A stretch of 64,000 nucleotides of DNA from a virus (taxonomy: Duplodnaviria > Heunggongvirae > Uroviricota > Caudoviricetes). The stretch is taken from the IMG/VR virus record IMGVR_UViG_3300032294_002926; one strand, written 5' to 3'. The position numbers and the translations under genes were made by a program. How positions within the stretch are numbered: the first letter of the stretch is position 1; each line of letters opens with the position of its first letter. Shown one piece after another: positions 1 to 10,135 of the stretch. The notes under the pieces are model-generated. The model ran no database searches, had not been told where the DNA came from, and worked only from the letters and a program-made list of their open reading frames with translations.

Positions 1-1
1 T

Positions 2-496
2 GCTCACGCTGGACATTTCAAAGCACTTGTGAATGAACTTCATTTGAAAAAATCTTTTAAACCAGATGTTCTGTTTATTGATTATTTAAATATCTGTTCA
101 TCAAGTCGATTCAAATCAAATTCCAACGTAAATTCATATTCTTATGTAAAATCGATTACAGAAGAAGTGAGAGGAATGGTAGTAGAACTTGATATTCCTC
201 TGATTACAGCTACTCAAACGACTAGATGTTTAGGATTAGATTCTGAAGTAATAAAAAAAGATGATGGAAAAATTAAAATAAAAGATATTAAAGTAGGTGA
301 TGAAATTTTATCTCATTCAGAATTTGTGACAGTTGAACATGTTTATCCCATAGAAACACAAAATGTTTATGAAATTACTACAAAATCAGGAAAAAAAATT
401 ATTTGTTCAGATAAACATATTTTCCCAACTGTTGAAGGTGAAAAGAGTATTAGTTCTGGATTATCTGAAGGTGATAGTTTATTTGTGATAAAATAA
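2..496 (+). CDS. gp41: DnaB-family replicative helicase (T4 gp41-like) N-extein, 5'-truncated by the window edge, fused in frame to an N-terminal split-intein half (IntN ~nt 227-493) and then a stop codon
   Basis: The frame of ORF 29..496 stays open back to nt 2. DnaB motifs DVLFIDYLNI and ELDIPLITATQTTR are followed by a Cys-initiated Hint block CLGLDSEV...KKIICSDKHIFPT of ~89 aa and then TAA. Length and sequence closely match the N-half of the gp41-1 split intein. Confidence 0.8.
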   Translation, partial: AHAGHFKALVNELHLKKSFKPDVLFIDYLNICSSSRFKSNSNVNSYSYVKSITEEVRGMVVELDIPLITATQTTRCLGLDSEVIKKDDGKIKIKDIKVGDEILSHSEFVTVEHVYPIETQNVYEITTKSGKKIICSDKHIFPTVEGEKSISSGLSEGDSLFVIK

Positions 497-549
497 TAAA
501 CAGAAACGCAAATTAAAAAATAATAAATAATTGTGTCGCTGTTAAAAAA

Positions 550-1191
550 ATGGAAGTTAACTACGTTTTAAATAAAATAAAAATTCTAACAGGTTTGGAA
601 TGTTTGGATTTTTATAAAAAAGATATTGAAAAATTAGTCGATTGTCACAATAAAGGAGAGTTTTCTCTTTATACTAAAATGAAAATATTATCAAAACAAA
701 TTTCTATAGGATTACCTGATCCTTATGATAGAATAATTAAATTGAAAAAATATGGAAGAGATTCTTCTTCTATAGAAGCATGTAAACTTAGATATGGAGA
801 TATTGAAGGAGTTAGAGTTTATAATGAAAAGATATTTAAATCTAAACAAACATTAGAAAAATACATTGAAAAATATGGAGAAATTGATGGAAAGATAAAA
901 TATAAAGAATACTGCAAGTCAAAGTCAATGTCTTTGGAAATGTGTATAAAAAGACATGGTGAAACTGAAGGTAAAATAGTATATGAAAAATTTTGGAAAA
1001 ATACTGGATTTGGAACTTCTAAGAGAGCATTTAAAAAAAGGCATGGAAATGACTGGGGAAAATATTACAATCAATTTGTAATAAATCAAGGAAAAAATAA
1101 TACTTTGGATGGAAAAATATTAAAATATGGAGAAGAATTAGGTAAGAAAAAATATAAAGAATTAAATGAAAAAAAAAACAAAATCATCTAA
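550..1191 (+). CDS. Hypothetical protein built from ~25-aa tandem modules (consensus ..YGExEGKIKYxEY..); probably the N-terminal part of a frameshifted free-standing endonuclease gene
   Basis: The repeated YG..EGK..KY.EY motif occurs at least 5 times and continues into the next ORF (1166..1882) in a different frame. The two ORFs overlap at an A10 homopolymer (nt ~1173-1182). Confidence 0.45.
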   Translation: MEVNYVLNKIKILTGLECLDFYKKDIEKLVDCHNKGEFSLYTKMKILSKQISIGLPDPYDRIIKLKKYGRDSSSIEACKLRYGDIEGVRVYNEKIFKSKQTLEKYIEKYGEIDGKIKYKEYCKSKSMSLEMCIKRHGETEGKIVYEKFWKNTGFGTSKRAFKKRHGNDWGKYYNQFVINQGKNNTLDGKILKYGEELGKKKYKELNEKKNKII

Positions 1192-1882
1192 TAAAGAATA
1201 TTTTATAAAAAAATTATTAGAATCTGGTTTTTCTTTTAATGAAATACAAAATATGATAATCGATAGATGGGACAATACATCTTTGAAATCTTTTATTTCT
1301 AGATATGGAGAATTTGAGGGAAAAATAAAATATGAGGAATATATTAAAAAAATCAGAAAATCAAATCCACTTTGTTTGGAGTATTATGAGGAGAGAAATA
1401 TAAAAGAGGATATTGCTTTTGACATTATTTCTACAATACAATGGCAAAATAATAAAAAAATATCTAGATATTCAAAAGAATCTCTGAAATATTTTGACAA
1501 ATTAAATGAAATATTTCAAAATAGAGGTTATGCATGTCTTTATAAAAAAAATGAACTTGGAATAAAACTTACTAAAAAAGAATATGATTTGTATAAAAAA
1601 AATAGATTTTTTTTCTATGATTTTTTCATTCCGGATATAAATTTAATTATAGAATATCATGGTTTTAGATTTCATGATAATATTGATTATGATTCAACCT
1701 TAAACGTATCTGAAAATGAAATACAAAAAATAGAATACAACAGAGATTTTTATAAAAAATGGATAGCAGAATTTAGAGGATATAAAGTTTTCATTCTTAG
1801 ATCTTGGTTTTTGAATGAAGATTTAAATAGATTATTTGAAGAATTAAATTTTACGGAGGAAGAAAAGTGCAAATTAATCTAG
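1166..1882 (+). CDS. Putative homing endonuclease, Vsr/DUF559-like PD-(D/E)xK nuclease domain, lying between the two split-intein halves
   Basis: C-terminal region FFFYDFFIPDINLIIEYHGFRFHDN...RDFYKKWIAEFRGYKVFILRSW fits the Vsr/DUF559 very-short-patch-repair-like endonuclease fold. Its position between IntN and IntC is the arrangement described for fractured gp41 genes. Confidence 0.5.
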   Translation: MKKKTKSSNKEYFIKKLLESGFSFNEIQNMIIDRWDNTSLKSFISRYGEFEGKIKYEEYIKKIRKSNPLCLEYYEERNIKEDIAFDIISTIQWQNNKKISRYSKESLKYFDKLNEIFQNRGYACLYKKNELGIKLTKKEYDLYKKNRFFFYDFFIPDINLIIEYHGFRFHDNIDYDSTLNVSENEIQKIEYNRDFYKKWIAEFRGYKVFILRSWFLNEDLNRLFEELNFTEEEKCKLI

Positions 1883-2307
1883 ATGAAATTATTTCAATCA
1901 AAAAAATAGGAAAAAAAGAGACTATAGATATTACAGTTTCTGGAGATAATTTATTTTTTGCAAATGATATTTTGACTCATAATAGTGGATTTTCATCTTC
2001 GGATGTTGAGATGACTGATATTTCTGAAAGTTTTGGTACAGCAGCAACTGCTGATCTACTTCTTGCTCTTATTACTACAGAAGAATTAGATAATCTTGGT
2101 CAAATTATGATTAAACAACTGAAAAATAGATATGCAGATAAATCAATTAATAAACGTTTTGTCGTAGGAATTGATCGTTCAAAAATGAGACTTTTTGATG
2201 TTGAGCAATCTGCTCAAAAAGATTTAGTTGACTCTGGACAAGAAGAGGAGTATAATACTTCCGAAACAAACAAACCTAAAAAAATATTTGAGGCATTTAA
2301 ATTCTGA
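1867..2307 (+). CDS. gp41: C-terminal split-intein half (IntC, nt 1867-1983, ~39 aa) fused to the gp41 helicase C-extein (nt 1984-2307)
   Basis: Intein blocks F/G: ETIDITVSGDNLFFANDILTHN followed by a +1 Ser. The extein SGFSSSDVEMTDISESFGTAATADLLLALITTEE matches the DnaB helicase C-terminus (SDLRESGSIEQDAD region). Confidence 0.8.
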   Translation: MQINLDEIISIKKIGKKETIDITVSGDNLFFANDILTHNSGFSSSDVEMTDISESFGTAATADLLLALITTEELDNLGQIMIKQLKNRYADKSINKRFVVGIDRSKMRLFDVEQSAQKDLVDSGQEEEYNTSETNKPKKIFEAFKF

Positions 2308-2723
2308 TGGATTCTAAAACTACAATTGAAATAACTGATTATAAAAATTTTGTAAATACTATAACTTCAAAACCGTCTACAAATCTCGACTGTTTAATCT
2401 CAAGATTGAATGAACTTCAAGACCAAGGCGTTAATGTTCCTCAACTTATGACTAGCGCATATGGCATTTCGTCTGAATCTGGTGAATTTACAGAATTGGT
2501 AAAAAAAATAATTTTTCAAGGGAAACCTTATACTGAAGACAATGTAAGACATCTTAAAATTGAATTATCCGATATTCTTTTTTATTTTCAATTAGCTTGT
2601 ATTGCTTTAGATACAACAATTGAAGAAATTATGCAAATTAATTTTGAAAAATTATCTTCTCGTTATCCAGAAGGTACCTTTACTATCAATCGTTCTGAAA
2701 ATCGTAGAGAAGGTGATCTATAA
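2307..2723 (+). CDS. mazG: MazG-like nucleoside triphosphate pyrophosphohydrolase
   Basis: ELSDILFYFQLACIALDTTIEEIMQINFEKL is the typical MazG EExxE/D-helix motif. MazG is a common cyanophage gene. Confidence 0.7.
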   Translation: MDSKTTIEITDYKNFVNTITSKPSTNLDCLISRLNELQDQGVNVPQLMTSAYGISSESGEFTELVKKIIFQGKPYTEDNVRHLKIELSDILFYFQLACIALDTTIEEIMQINFEKLSSRYPEGTFTINRSENRREGDL

Positions 2724-2753
2724 ACATAAATGATCGAATAAATACCATTAAAA

Positions 2754-3155
2754 ATGTCTTTAACCAGTAAAAATAAGGGAAGATCTCTTTCAAGAAATCA
2801 TTTTAATTTTATACTTAAAAGATTTCTTCTCTTTCTGAAAAGAGAACTTCGTATAGCATATGATATACCAATTATTCTTATTGACGACTCGGAGTTCTCT
2901 AAAAAAATAAAAGCATTTGGTGAACTCTCTAATAATATCATATATGTAAGTATTATTAATAGACATCCAGTGGATATTTTAAGAACTATTGCACATGAGT
3001 GTATACATTATAAACAGAATATCGAAGGTAAAAAAGGTAGTTCTCGTCCTGGTAGTTTAATAGAGAATCAAGCAAACGCAAAGGCTGGAGAATTGATAAG
3101 AAAATATGGAGATATTCATCCAGAATTATTTGATTTAACTTCAATTAAATTATAA
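2754..3155 (+). CDS. Hypothetical protein
   Basis: ORF with start codon, compact spacing to neighbours, HExxH-like IAHECIHY. Confidence 0.4.
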   Translation: MSLTSKNKGRSLSRNHFNFILKRFLLFLKRELRIAYDIPIILIDDSEFSKKIKAFGELSNNIIYVSIINRHPVDILRTIAHECIHYKQNIEGKKGSSRPGSLIENQANAKAGELIRKYGDIHPELFDLTSIKL

Positions 3156-3188
3156 TTCTAAATAATTTAGATTTAAATTTTTGAATAT

Positions 3189-4340
3189 ATGCCTCTTGAG
3201 TATAACAAAGGTAACATTTCTGAAGCAGTCTTAGCGGCTGCAATTGGTGCAAGATTTAAAAAAAGATTCCAACAACCTGATTTTAAAAAATCATCTGAAT
3301 CTATTAAAATTGGAATGCTCCCTCAAATTGGTCTAAATGATGTTAAATTAGTTTTACGTGATATAGTCAGAAATCAAGGGAGTTCATATACAGTTTATGA
3401 TTTTGACAGAAAGGAAAAAAAGATTGCTAATATTACAGATAACATAAATTTAAATATTTCTATTCCAGCAAGAGATTTTGAATTTCTTAGATTGGAATCT
3501 AACTGGTCAAAGATCAGTGAAATATTTTCATCTGCATTGAATAAGATTAATAGCGATGGTAAAATTAAATCACAAGCATATGGACTCGCTGTAAATAAAA
3601 AATATGATACAATTAATATTGTGGCACAAGGAACTCAAGGCACAAAAATTGATATAGATGTTTCATTTTTTAGTAGAGATCCATCAAAAAAAATAAGTTC
3701 CGCCTTAAGAGGTAGTCAAATTTCACTTAAATATGATTCTCCTCAATTTGCTCAATCTGTAGGAATAGAGTTTGAAAATTTTGGAAAAATTTTTGATGAA
3801 TTGGGATTAAATGATTATAAACAATATTCAGAATTGTTTTTAAATGAAGTTATGAAAGTTTATCCTGACATTTTAGGTAAAAGATTTTCCGATACGGAAC
3901 AAATAAAATCTTCAAATGAAGTTAAAGCATTGAGAAAAGTTGCAAAAGTAATTTTTGGTAAAATTAATTCTGAATTAAATGTAAAGTTAAAAACTCCAGA
4001 ATTTAAATCCGTTCTTGCTCAATATTGTATAAATAAATCAATTTCAAATCAAAGTGGTGTTGAACTAGTACAATTTACAAAAAAAGGTACATCAGTTACT
4101 CAAAGTTTTAAACCAACTTTTACTGAAAACTTAATTAATTCTGATTTAAAATCTACTTTTATAGATTCTATAGCAGATCCAAAAGTAATCATTCATTTGT
4201 CTGGAAAATCTTCAACAAAACCAGATATGTTAATTCAATTTAGATATAGAACTGATGCATCACAAAAAAATAAAGCAGGGTTTCATAGACTTGTTATGAG
4301 AACTTATGTGGAATCTGGGGATCTTATATATGAACTATAA
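3189..4340 (+). CDS. Hypothetical protein (383 aa)
   Basis: Long ORF with no recognisable motif. Confidence 0.45.
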   Translation: MPLEYNKGNISEAVLAAAIGARFKKRFQQPDFKKSSESIKIGMLPQIGLNDVKLVLRDIVRNQGSSYTVYDFDRKEKKIANITDNINLNISIPARDFEFLRLESNWSKISEIFSSALNKINSDGKIKSQAYGLAVNKKYDTINIVAQGTQGTKIDIDVSFFSRDPSKKISSALRGSQISLKYDSPQFAQSVGIEFENFGKIFDELGLNDYKQYSELFLNEVMKVYPDILGKRFSDTEQIKSSNEVKALRKVAKVIFGKINSELNVKLKTPEFKSVLAQYCINKSISNQSGVELVQFTKKGTSVTQSFKPTFTENLINSDLKSTFIDSIADPKVIIHLSGKSSTKPDMLIQFRYRTDASQKNKAGFHRLVMRTYVESGDLIYEL

Positions 4341-4393
4341 TTCATAAATAGTTGAACGATTTATTATAACTAATAATAATCATTAAATAAATA

Positions 4394-5713
4394 ATGAAAA
4401 CTTTTTTAAACTTCTTATCGGAAAATTCTGCCGCTCAGCAAGCAAAACGTTTTGGTCTTGTTGGTGATGGTCATGGTGGATGGTATGATAGACAAGGTGA
4501 ATTTGTGGCAAAGACTGAAGGTGGTGAAATAAAATTTTACAATAAGCGTCAAATTATTGGTAGTAAAGATCCAAAACAAACAGAAAAAGAAAAAGATATT
4601 CCATCTTCTCAATATAATGATCCAGCATTAATGCAACAAAATTCTGCCCCTCAAGTAGAACCGTCTCCACAGCAACCAGAATCTCCAGATTCACAGCAAA
4701 CAGTATCACAATTTTTACCTATATCAAAAACAAAAGGAACTCTTACAGTTGCTTTTGGTAGATTCAATCCTCCTACTATAGGGCATGAAGAACTTATGAA
4801 TGTTGCCGCAGCAGCAGCATCCAAAGATAAGAATGGTCAATATTTAATTTTCCCATCAAGGAGTCATGATAAGAAAAAAAATCCACTAGATCCTGAAACA
4901 AAAATTGCATTTATGCAAAAATTTTATCCAGATCATTCGGACAATATTGTAAATGATCCCAATATCAGAACAATATTTGATGTCTTAACTATTGCTCATA
5001 ACAATGGTTATTCTGGGGTTAGAATTGTTAGTGGGTCGGATCGAGTTAAAGAATTTGAAAAACTTTCCAATCAATATAATGGTCAACTTTATCAATTTGA
5101 CACTATTGAAGTTATTTCATCTGGAGAAAGAGATCCGGATTCAAAAGGTGTGGAAGGTATGTCTGCATCAAGAATGAGACTAGCAGCATCTGAAGGTGAT
5201 TTCAGAACTTTTAAATCTGGACTACCACAAAATATTAAAACATCAGATGCAAAAGAATTATTTTATAGTTTACGGGGTGCCATGAATATGGCAGAAAATC
5301 ATGATACTTGGGAAATTGCACCAAAGTTTGATTATCAGAATCTTCGTGAACAATATGTTCAAGAAAGTATTTTTAAAATTGGTGAAATGGTTGAAAATTT
5401 AAATACTGGAATGATTGGGAAAATTATTCGCAGAGGTACAAATTACTTGATTTGTGTGACTGAATCTGGACAAATGTTTAAATCCTGGATTAAAGATATT
5501 TCAGAATATACTGAAGTGAAAATGAATAGAAAAATGAGACTTCCTGGGAAACCAAATACTCTTACAGGTACTTCTGGTGCATTTAAACATTTTTCAGATA
5601 TGACTCCTAGTGCAATTGAAGTAGGTAAGAAAAATCTTCAATTTGGTGGCAAACCTTATTTGGGTTATAATGTAAAAGAATTCATAAATAAATATAGAAA
5701 AAATAAAAAATAA
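4394..5713 (+). CDS. Protein with a cytidylyl/adenylyl-transferase-like (HxGH) nucleotidyltransferase domain, preceded by a Q/P-rich linker
   Basis: [18 protein letters not shown] matches the (G)xFxPxHxGH signature of class I nucleotidyltransferases. Confidence 0.5.
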   Translation: MKTFLNFLSENSAAQQAKRFGLVGDGHGGWYDRQGEFVAKTEGGEIKFYNKRQIIGSKDPKQTEKEKDIPSSQYNDPALMQQNSAPQVEPSPQQPESPDSQQTVSQFLPISKTKGTLTVAFGRFNPPTIGHEELMNVAAAAASKDKNGQYLIFPSRSHDKKKNPLDPETKIAFMQKFYPDHSDNIVNDPNIRTIFDVLTIAHNNGYSGVRIVSGSDRVKEFEKLSNQYNGQLYQFDTIEVISSGERDPDSKGVEGMSASRMRLAASEGDFRTFKSGLPQNIKTSDAKELFYSLRGAMNMAENHDTWEIAPKFDYQNLREQYVQESIFKIGEMVENLNTGMIGKIIRRGTNYLICVTESGQMFKSWIKDISEYTEVKMNRKMRLPGKPNTLTGTSGAFKHFSDMTPSAIEVGKKNLQFGGKPYLGYNVKEFINKYRKNKK

Positions 5714-5723
5714 AAAGTTTCTT

Positions 5724-7169
5724 ATGAAAAACCACATTGTAGAGGAACTTCCTCAGAGACAAGTTCCACAAGGAAGTATGCCTCGACAAGAAGTTGATCG
5801 AAAAAGAATGAGTGGTAAAACTCCAGAACAAAAAGTAAGGCAAGCAGTATATGATATTCGTTATCGTGCGAGACGTGAAGATATATCTCTTAGTCAAGCA
5901 TATGCACAATATATGCAAAATAGTAATATGAGTCCAAAAGAGAAGACTTTAGTAAGAGAAAAAATCTTTGGTAAAAATGGTGTTCAATCTGAAGATTATG
6001 GATTGAAATCTTTAGTTACTTCTAGTATTGCCAATACTTTATATAAAGTATTTGTTGAAAATGAACAATTAGATGAACCAATTTCTTTGACTTATTTGGA
6101 GGATATGTCGATTCTTGATGATCGTAAATATAAAGTTAAAGTTGTTGATAGAAATGGTAGAAGTTACGTAAGATATGCTACTCGTGAAAAAATTAGAACT
6201 CTTCGTAGTAATCCAAATATCGAGTCTGTAGAAATGGTTAGATATGGTGAACCTTATGAAGGTGAAAGAAAGAGAGGTGAATTAACCGCTGCTGCAACTA
6301 GAGGGGATAAACTTGATCCAGTTGGCAAAGAAGATTCTGATGTAAATAATGATGGTAAAGTTAATTCAACAGATAAGTATTTAAAACATCGTAGAGATGT
6401 CCGTGGGTCTGAAATATCAAAAAGAAAAAAAGTTAAAGAAGAATTTTTACATGAAATTAAGAGAGGCGTCGTAGACGGTTCTAGAAAAAAAATTGATGTT
6501 ATGAAAGGAAAGAACAAGGTAATTGTTGGACCTGAAATTCCTGGAAGTTCTAAAAATTACGGTTCTAGTCTTCAAATGTCTCATTATATTCCTGACGGAA
6601 ATTACGTAAATGAATCTGAAGGATATTCTGAGTTTCTTCGTATGATTAATGAGAAAAAATTAACAAAAAAAGAAAAACAAAAGAAAGAAGAAATTGTAAA
6701 AAGTTTGAAACCACAATATGGTAAAACTTCAAAAACTTATGCCATTGCAACTTCAGTGGCAAAAAGAGTTGCAGAAAATTGTGAAAATAGAGATGATAAT
6801 AAAAAGGAAGATCCAAGAAGTATTCCCACTAAAGTTAATGTAGTTAAAAACAAATTAAGATCAGTGGGACTCAAAATGTCTCATGATCTTGAAGGAAATC
6901 AAATTGATGAATTAAATCGTTTAGAACGCGAACAAGGAAAAGAAAGTGGTGGTAGTGTAAATCCTGCTATTCGATCTGTGAAAAAATCTATTCGTTCTAT
7001 TGAAGGAAAACCCGAAGGTCAACGTAAAAAGGTACGCGGACAAAAACCACCTAGAGCAGGTGAATATGGATCAGAAAGATTATCTCCAAGTCAAATTGTA
7101 GATAGAAGAAAAAGAGATAAAAAATCTGCAGATTCAATGTATCGTGCGAGATCTGGAGAGTCTGATTAA
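5724..7169 (+). CDS. Hypothetical highly charged/basic protein (481 aa)
   Basis: Long ORF, K/R/E-rich, no motif recognised. Confidence 0.45.
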   Translation: MKNHIVEELPQRQVPQGSMPRQEVDRKRMSGKTPEQKVRQAVYDIRYRARREDISLSQAYAQYMQNSNMSPKEKTLVREKIFGKNGVQSEDYGLKSLVTSSIANTLYKVFVENEQLDEPISLTYLEDMSILDDRKYKVKVVDRNGRSYVRYATREKIRTLRSNPNIESVEMVRYGEPYEGERKRGELTAAATRGDKLDPVGKEDSDVNNDGKVNSTDKYLKHRRDVRGSEISKRKKVKEEFLHEIKRGVVDGSRKKIDVMKGKNKVIVGPEIPGSSKNYGSSLQMSHYIPDGNYVNESEGYSEFLRMINEKKLTKKEKQKKEEIVKSLKPQYGKTSKTYAIATSVAKRVAENCENRDDNKKEDPRSIPTKVNVVKNKLRSVGLKMSHDLEGNQIDELNRLEREQGKESGGSVNPAIRSVKKSIRSIEGKPEGQRKKVRGQKPPRAGEYGSERLSPSQIVDRRKRDKKSADSMYRARSGESD

Positions 7170-7395
7170 TCTAAATACTTATGAATCCATAAATAAGTAA
7201 AAATATGGTATCCTCTACACTTTTTTTAGTTGCAGTTAATAACTTATCTGCGGCAAATTTACAATTAATTTTAGCTATTCTTTTAGCTATTTCGGAAGCC
7301 TTAGGTGCTGACCCTAGAGTAAAAGCAAACGGAATTCTTTCTTTTATTTTAATTCAAGTAAGAGCATTGATTCGTAACCAAAAAAAATAATAAAA

Positions 7396-7419
7396 AGAAT
7401 ATTTAGCATATTCTTTTTA
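7396..7419 (+). terminator. Rho-independent terminator hairpin (agaatat-ttagc-atattct + T-run)
   Basis: Perfect 7-bp stem followed by TTTTT, immediately upstream of a TATAAATA box. Confidence 0.5.
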
Positions 7420-7425
7420 TAAATA
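7418..7425 (+). promoter_or_regulatory. T4-type late promoter box TATAAATA upstream of the 7456 gene
   Basis: Exact TATAAATA ~30 nt upstream of the ATG. Confidence 0.45.
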
Positions 7426-7455
7426 TTTTCAGAAAAGAATTATTAGGTAAAACAC

Positions 7456-8028
7456 ATGTCTCTATGGGGCAAGAAAGATTCAGTTTATTCAGCTGGAACA
7501 ATATCCGTTAATTTATCAACCAATACTGTTACTGGTGCATTAGGTGTAGTTACTTTTACGACTGCAGGAATTGCTACAGGAGACGTAATTACCGTTGGCA
7601 CTGGTGCAACTTATGGTTATGCTGTAGTTACGGGATTTACTTCCACCACGATTTCTATTGCAAATACAGAAAATTTTGTTTCTGGGTTAACGACAGTACC
7701 ATCTGGAACTTCATATAATATTTCTGAAGAACCACTTTATACACTTAAAGATTCTGTATATAGAGCGCCGGAACTAAAAACGACTGGTTTCTCTACAAAT
7801 AGATTTTTCACAGGTGTATTTGGTGTAGATACTACAGAAACTGGAATTGCTCGTACAACAACAGTTGGGGGTAAAGCGGGTGCATATGGAATTGCTCATG
7901 CTGGATGGGTAGGTGTAACTACTTATATTGACACTCATGGCAACTTTAGAGTTAAATCAGAGACATTAGTTGCTGGAAGTAGTATTACTAATGATGCAAA
8001 TGATAATAGTCAATTCCCCAACAGTTAA
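7456..8028 (+). CDS. Hypothetical Gly/Thr/Val-rich protein, possibly structural
   Basis: ORF preceded by a late-promoter box; beta-rich low-complexity composition. Confidence 0.4.
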   Translation: MSLWGKKDSVYSAGTISVNLSTNTVTGALGVVTFTTAGIATGDVITVGTGATYGYAVVTGFTSTTISIANTENFVSGLTTVPSGTSYNISEEPLYTLKDSVYRAPELKTTGFSTNRFFTGVFGVDTTETGIARTTTVGGKAGAYGIAHAGWVGVTTYIDTHGNFRVKSETLVAGSSITNDANDNSQFPNS

Positions 8029-8040
8029 AGACAATTAAAT

Positions 8041-8412
8041 ATGAAATTTAATGAATTGAATGAAAATAATTATTTGTTATTTGCTATAAAATTTTATAAT
8101 AATCCTCAGGCACTGACTTATGAAGATTTTGAGGCGGATTTAAAAAGAATACGTTATATTAAAAGATTATTAAAAAAATATAAAAATAAAGGTGAACTTA
8201 AAACTCATTTAATTCTGAATCACTTAGTTATACTTTTTAATGTTTTTAATGATGCTGCGGTACCTTTATTATTTTATAATTTAGATAAAGATCTTTGGCC
8301 ATGTATTAAAAGTTTTTTAATTTTTATCAATCGTTTCCCAGAATATCCAAAAACTAAAATTCATTCAATAGAAGAAGATATGAACTGTTTGGCTGAATTG
8401 CAAAAAATATAA
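8041..8412 (+). CDS. Hypothetical protein
   Basis: ORF tightly packed with its neighbours. Confidence 0.4.
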   Translation: MKFNELNENNYLLFAIKFYNNPQALTYEDFEADLKRIRYIKRLLKKYKNKGELKTHLILNHLVILFNVFNDAAVPLLFYNLDKDLWPCIKSFLIFINRFPEYPKTKIHSIEEDMNCLAELQKI

Positions 8413-8621
8413 TGGATAAAATAGATAGACTCATTCAAATCATAAGAATCATAAAAGAAGAAGGTGGAATGATTGCTGGGTCAGGTGGATTTACTGGATC
8501 CGCAGATTCTAAAGGTCCAGTTGCTGGATATGATCCCGTTATGGGTTTGACTAAAAGAAAAAAAATAATTGGATTAGGGAAAGGGTCACGTAAAAGGTGG
8601 ATGCAACCAAAATATAAATAA
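8412..8621 (+). CDS. Hypothetical small basic protein
   Basis: ATGA start/stop overlap with the upstream ORF. Confidence 0.3.
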   Translation: MDKIDRLIQIIRIIKEEGGMIAGSGGFTGSADSKGPVAGYDPVMGLTKRKKIIGLGKGSRKRWMQPKYK

Positions 8622-8679
8622 TTATACTACTTGAGTTGTTTATTTTTGTAGTATAAAAACAATAACTCAGGTGTAAAAA

Positions 8680-9117
8680 ATGTTTAGTCAAAACACAATA
8701 ACTAATACTAGAATTGCAGTTTTAGAAGAACGTTTATCCTCATACGAAGCTATGACAAAAAAGATCGATGAAGCAATTCAAGTCATGGGTAAAACAAGTC
8801 AAAATATGAGTAAAATGATTGCAATTCATGAAGAAAGAATTGATCAATGTCATAAAACAGATGATTCTTTAGTCAGTATGATTAACGATCTAAAACTTGA
8901 AAATAAAACTCAACATGACGGCGTTTCACAAAGAATAAAAATTATAGAAGATGAAGTTAAGGATATTTCTAAAATTAAATGGATGACTCTTGGATGTGGT
9001 ACACTTTTAATGGTTTTAGTTGCCGCTTTTGCAAGTCTGGCATCTGGGTTGTGGACTCCTTCTGAAATGAGAATGCAACATCAGGGACACAATCATACAC
9101 TGTCTACTCCAAATTGA
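8680..9117 (+). CDS. Hypothetical coiled-coil protein with a C-terminal transmembrane helix
   Basis: Hydrophobic segment LGCGTLLMVLVAAFASLASGLW near the C-terminus. Confidence 0.4.
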   Translation: MFSQNTITNTRIAVLEERLSSYEAMTKKIDEAIQVMGKTSQNMSKMIAIHEERIDQCHKTDDSLVSMINDLKLENKTQHDGVSQRIKIIEDEVKDISKIKWMTLGCGTLLMVLVAAFASLASGLWTPSEMRMQHQGHNHTLSTPN

Positions 9118-9163
9118 CATCGATTAGAAATCATGGTAAAGTGACATCACTGAAAATTTTTGA

Positions 9164-10135
9164 ATGGATTTTATTGATTCGAAATACATTGGAATAATCT
9201 CACATAATCTTAAAAACTTTAAGAAAGTTAATAACAATACTTATAACTTTAGATGCTGTTTCTGCGGTGATTCTCAAAGAAATAAATCTAAAGCAAGAGG
9301 TTATTTCTATACAGTTAAAAATAATACCAACTTTAAATGCCACAATTGTGGCATGAGTTTATCTTTGAATAATTTTATAAAAACTTTAGATGAATCTATC
9401 CATAAGCAATATGTTTTAGATAAATTTAAAGAAGGGCATTCTGGAAAAAATTTCCCAACACCTGCACCAAAACTTATTTTTAAGAAACCATCTTTTCGGG
9501 AAAAAATAGATTTACCTAAAGCATCTGCAAATGAGTATGCCAAAAATTATTTACTAAAGAGAAAAATAAATCCTGATAATTTTTATTATGCTGAAAAGTT
9601 TAAAGAATGGGTAAACACAAAAAAATCTACTTTTTCTGAAATTAAATATGAAGAATCCAGAATTATAATTCCTTTATATAATTCTAAAAGTGAACTTATA
9701 GGGTTTCAAGGAAGAAGCATTCAATATTCATCAAATAAATATATCACAGTTATGCTTTCTGAAAATGATCCCAAAATATATGGACTTCATAAAGTGGATT
9801 TCGAAAAACCGATATACATCGTTGAAGGTCCCTTTGATTCCGAATTCGTCGAAAACTCCATTGCTATGTGTGGGTCTGATATTGATATTGGGGCGTTTGG
9901 CTGGAGCAATTATATTTGGGTATTTGATAACGAACCTCGCAATCGAGAAATCGTCTCAAAATTATCAAAAACCATTGATAGAGGGGATAAAGTAGTAATT
10001 TGGCCGTCCAACATTCAGCAAAAAGACATCAACGATATTGCATTAAGTGGACTTAATGTTATGAATGTGTTAAAATCAAACATCTATTCTGGTTTAGAAG
10101 CAAAAATCAAATTTAACAATTGGAAAAAAGTATGA
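9164..10135 (+). CDS. DNA primase (T4 gp61-like; Zn-ribbon + Toprim)
   Basis: CCFCGDS...CHNCG zinc ribbon; Toprim motifs IYIVEGPFDS and VFDNEP. Confidence 0.75.
   Translation: MDFIDSKYIGIISHNLKNFKKVNNNTYNFRCCFCGDSQRNKSKARGYFYTVKNNTNFKCHNCGMSLSLNNFIKTLDESIHKQYVLDKFKEGHSGKNFPTPAPKLIFKKPSFREKIDLPKASANEYAKNYLLKRKINPDNFYYAEKFKEWVNTKKSTFSEIKYEESRIIIPLYNSKSELIGFQGRSIQYSSNKYITVMLSENDPKIYGLHKVDFEKPIYIVEGPFDSEFVENSIAMCGSDIDIGAFGWSNYIWVFDNEPRNREIVSKLSKTIDRGDKVVIWPSNIQQKDINDIALSGLNVMNVLKSNIYSGLEAKIKFNNWKKV

Noticed and set aside
4415-4612. Minus-strand 65-aa ORF and the other short minus ORFs listed in the track (e.g. 5682..5918, 6254..6517, 9307..9543, 13622..13930, 26200..27003, 32461..33585, 49122..50019, 50584..51162)
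   Set aside because: All are embedded antisense within confidently assigned + strand genes (psbA, nrdB, porin, flotillin and others), are low-complexity and lack start context, so they are shadow ORFs.
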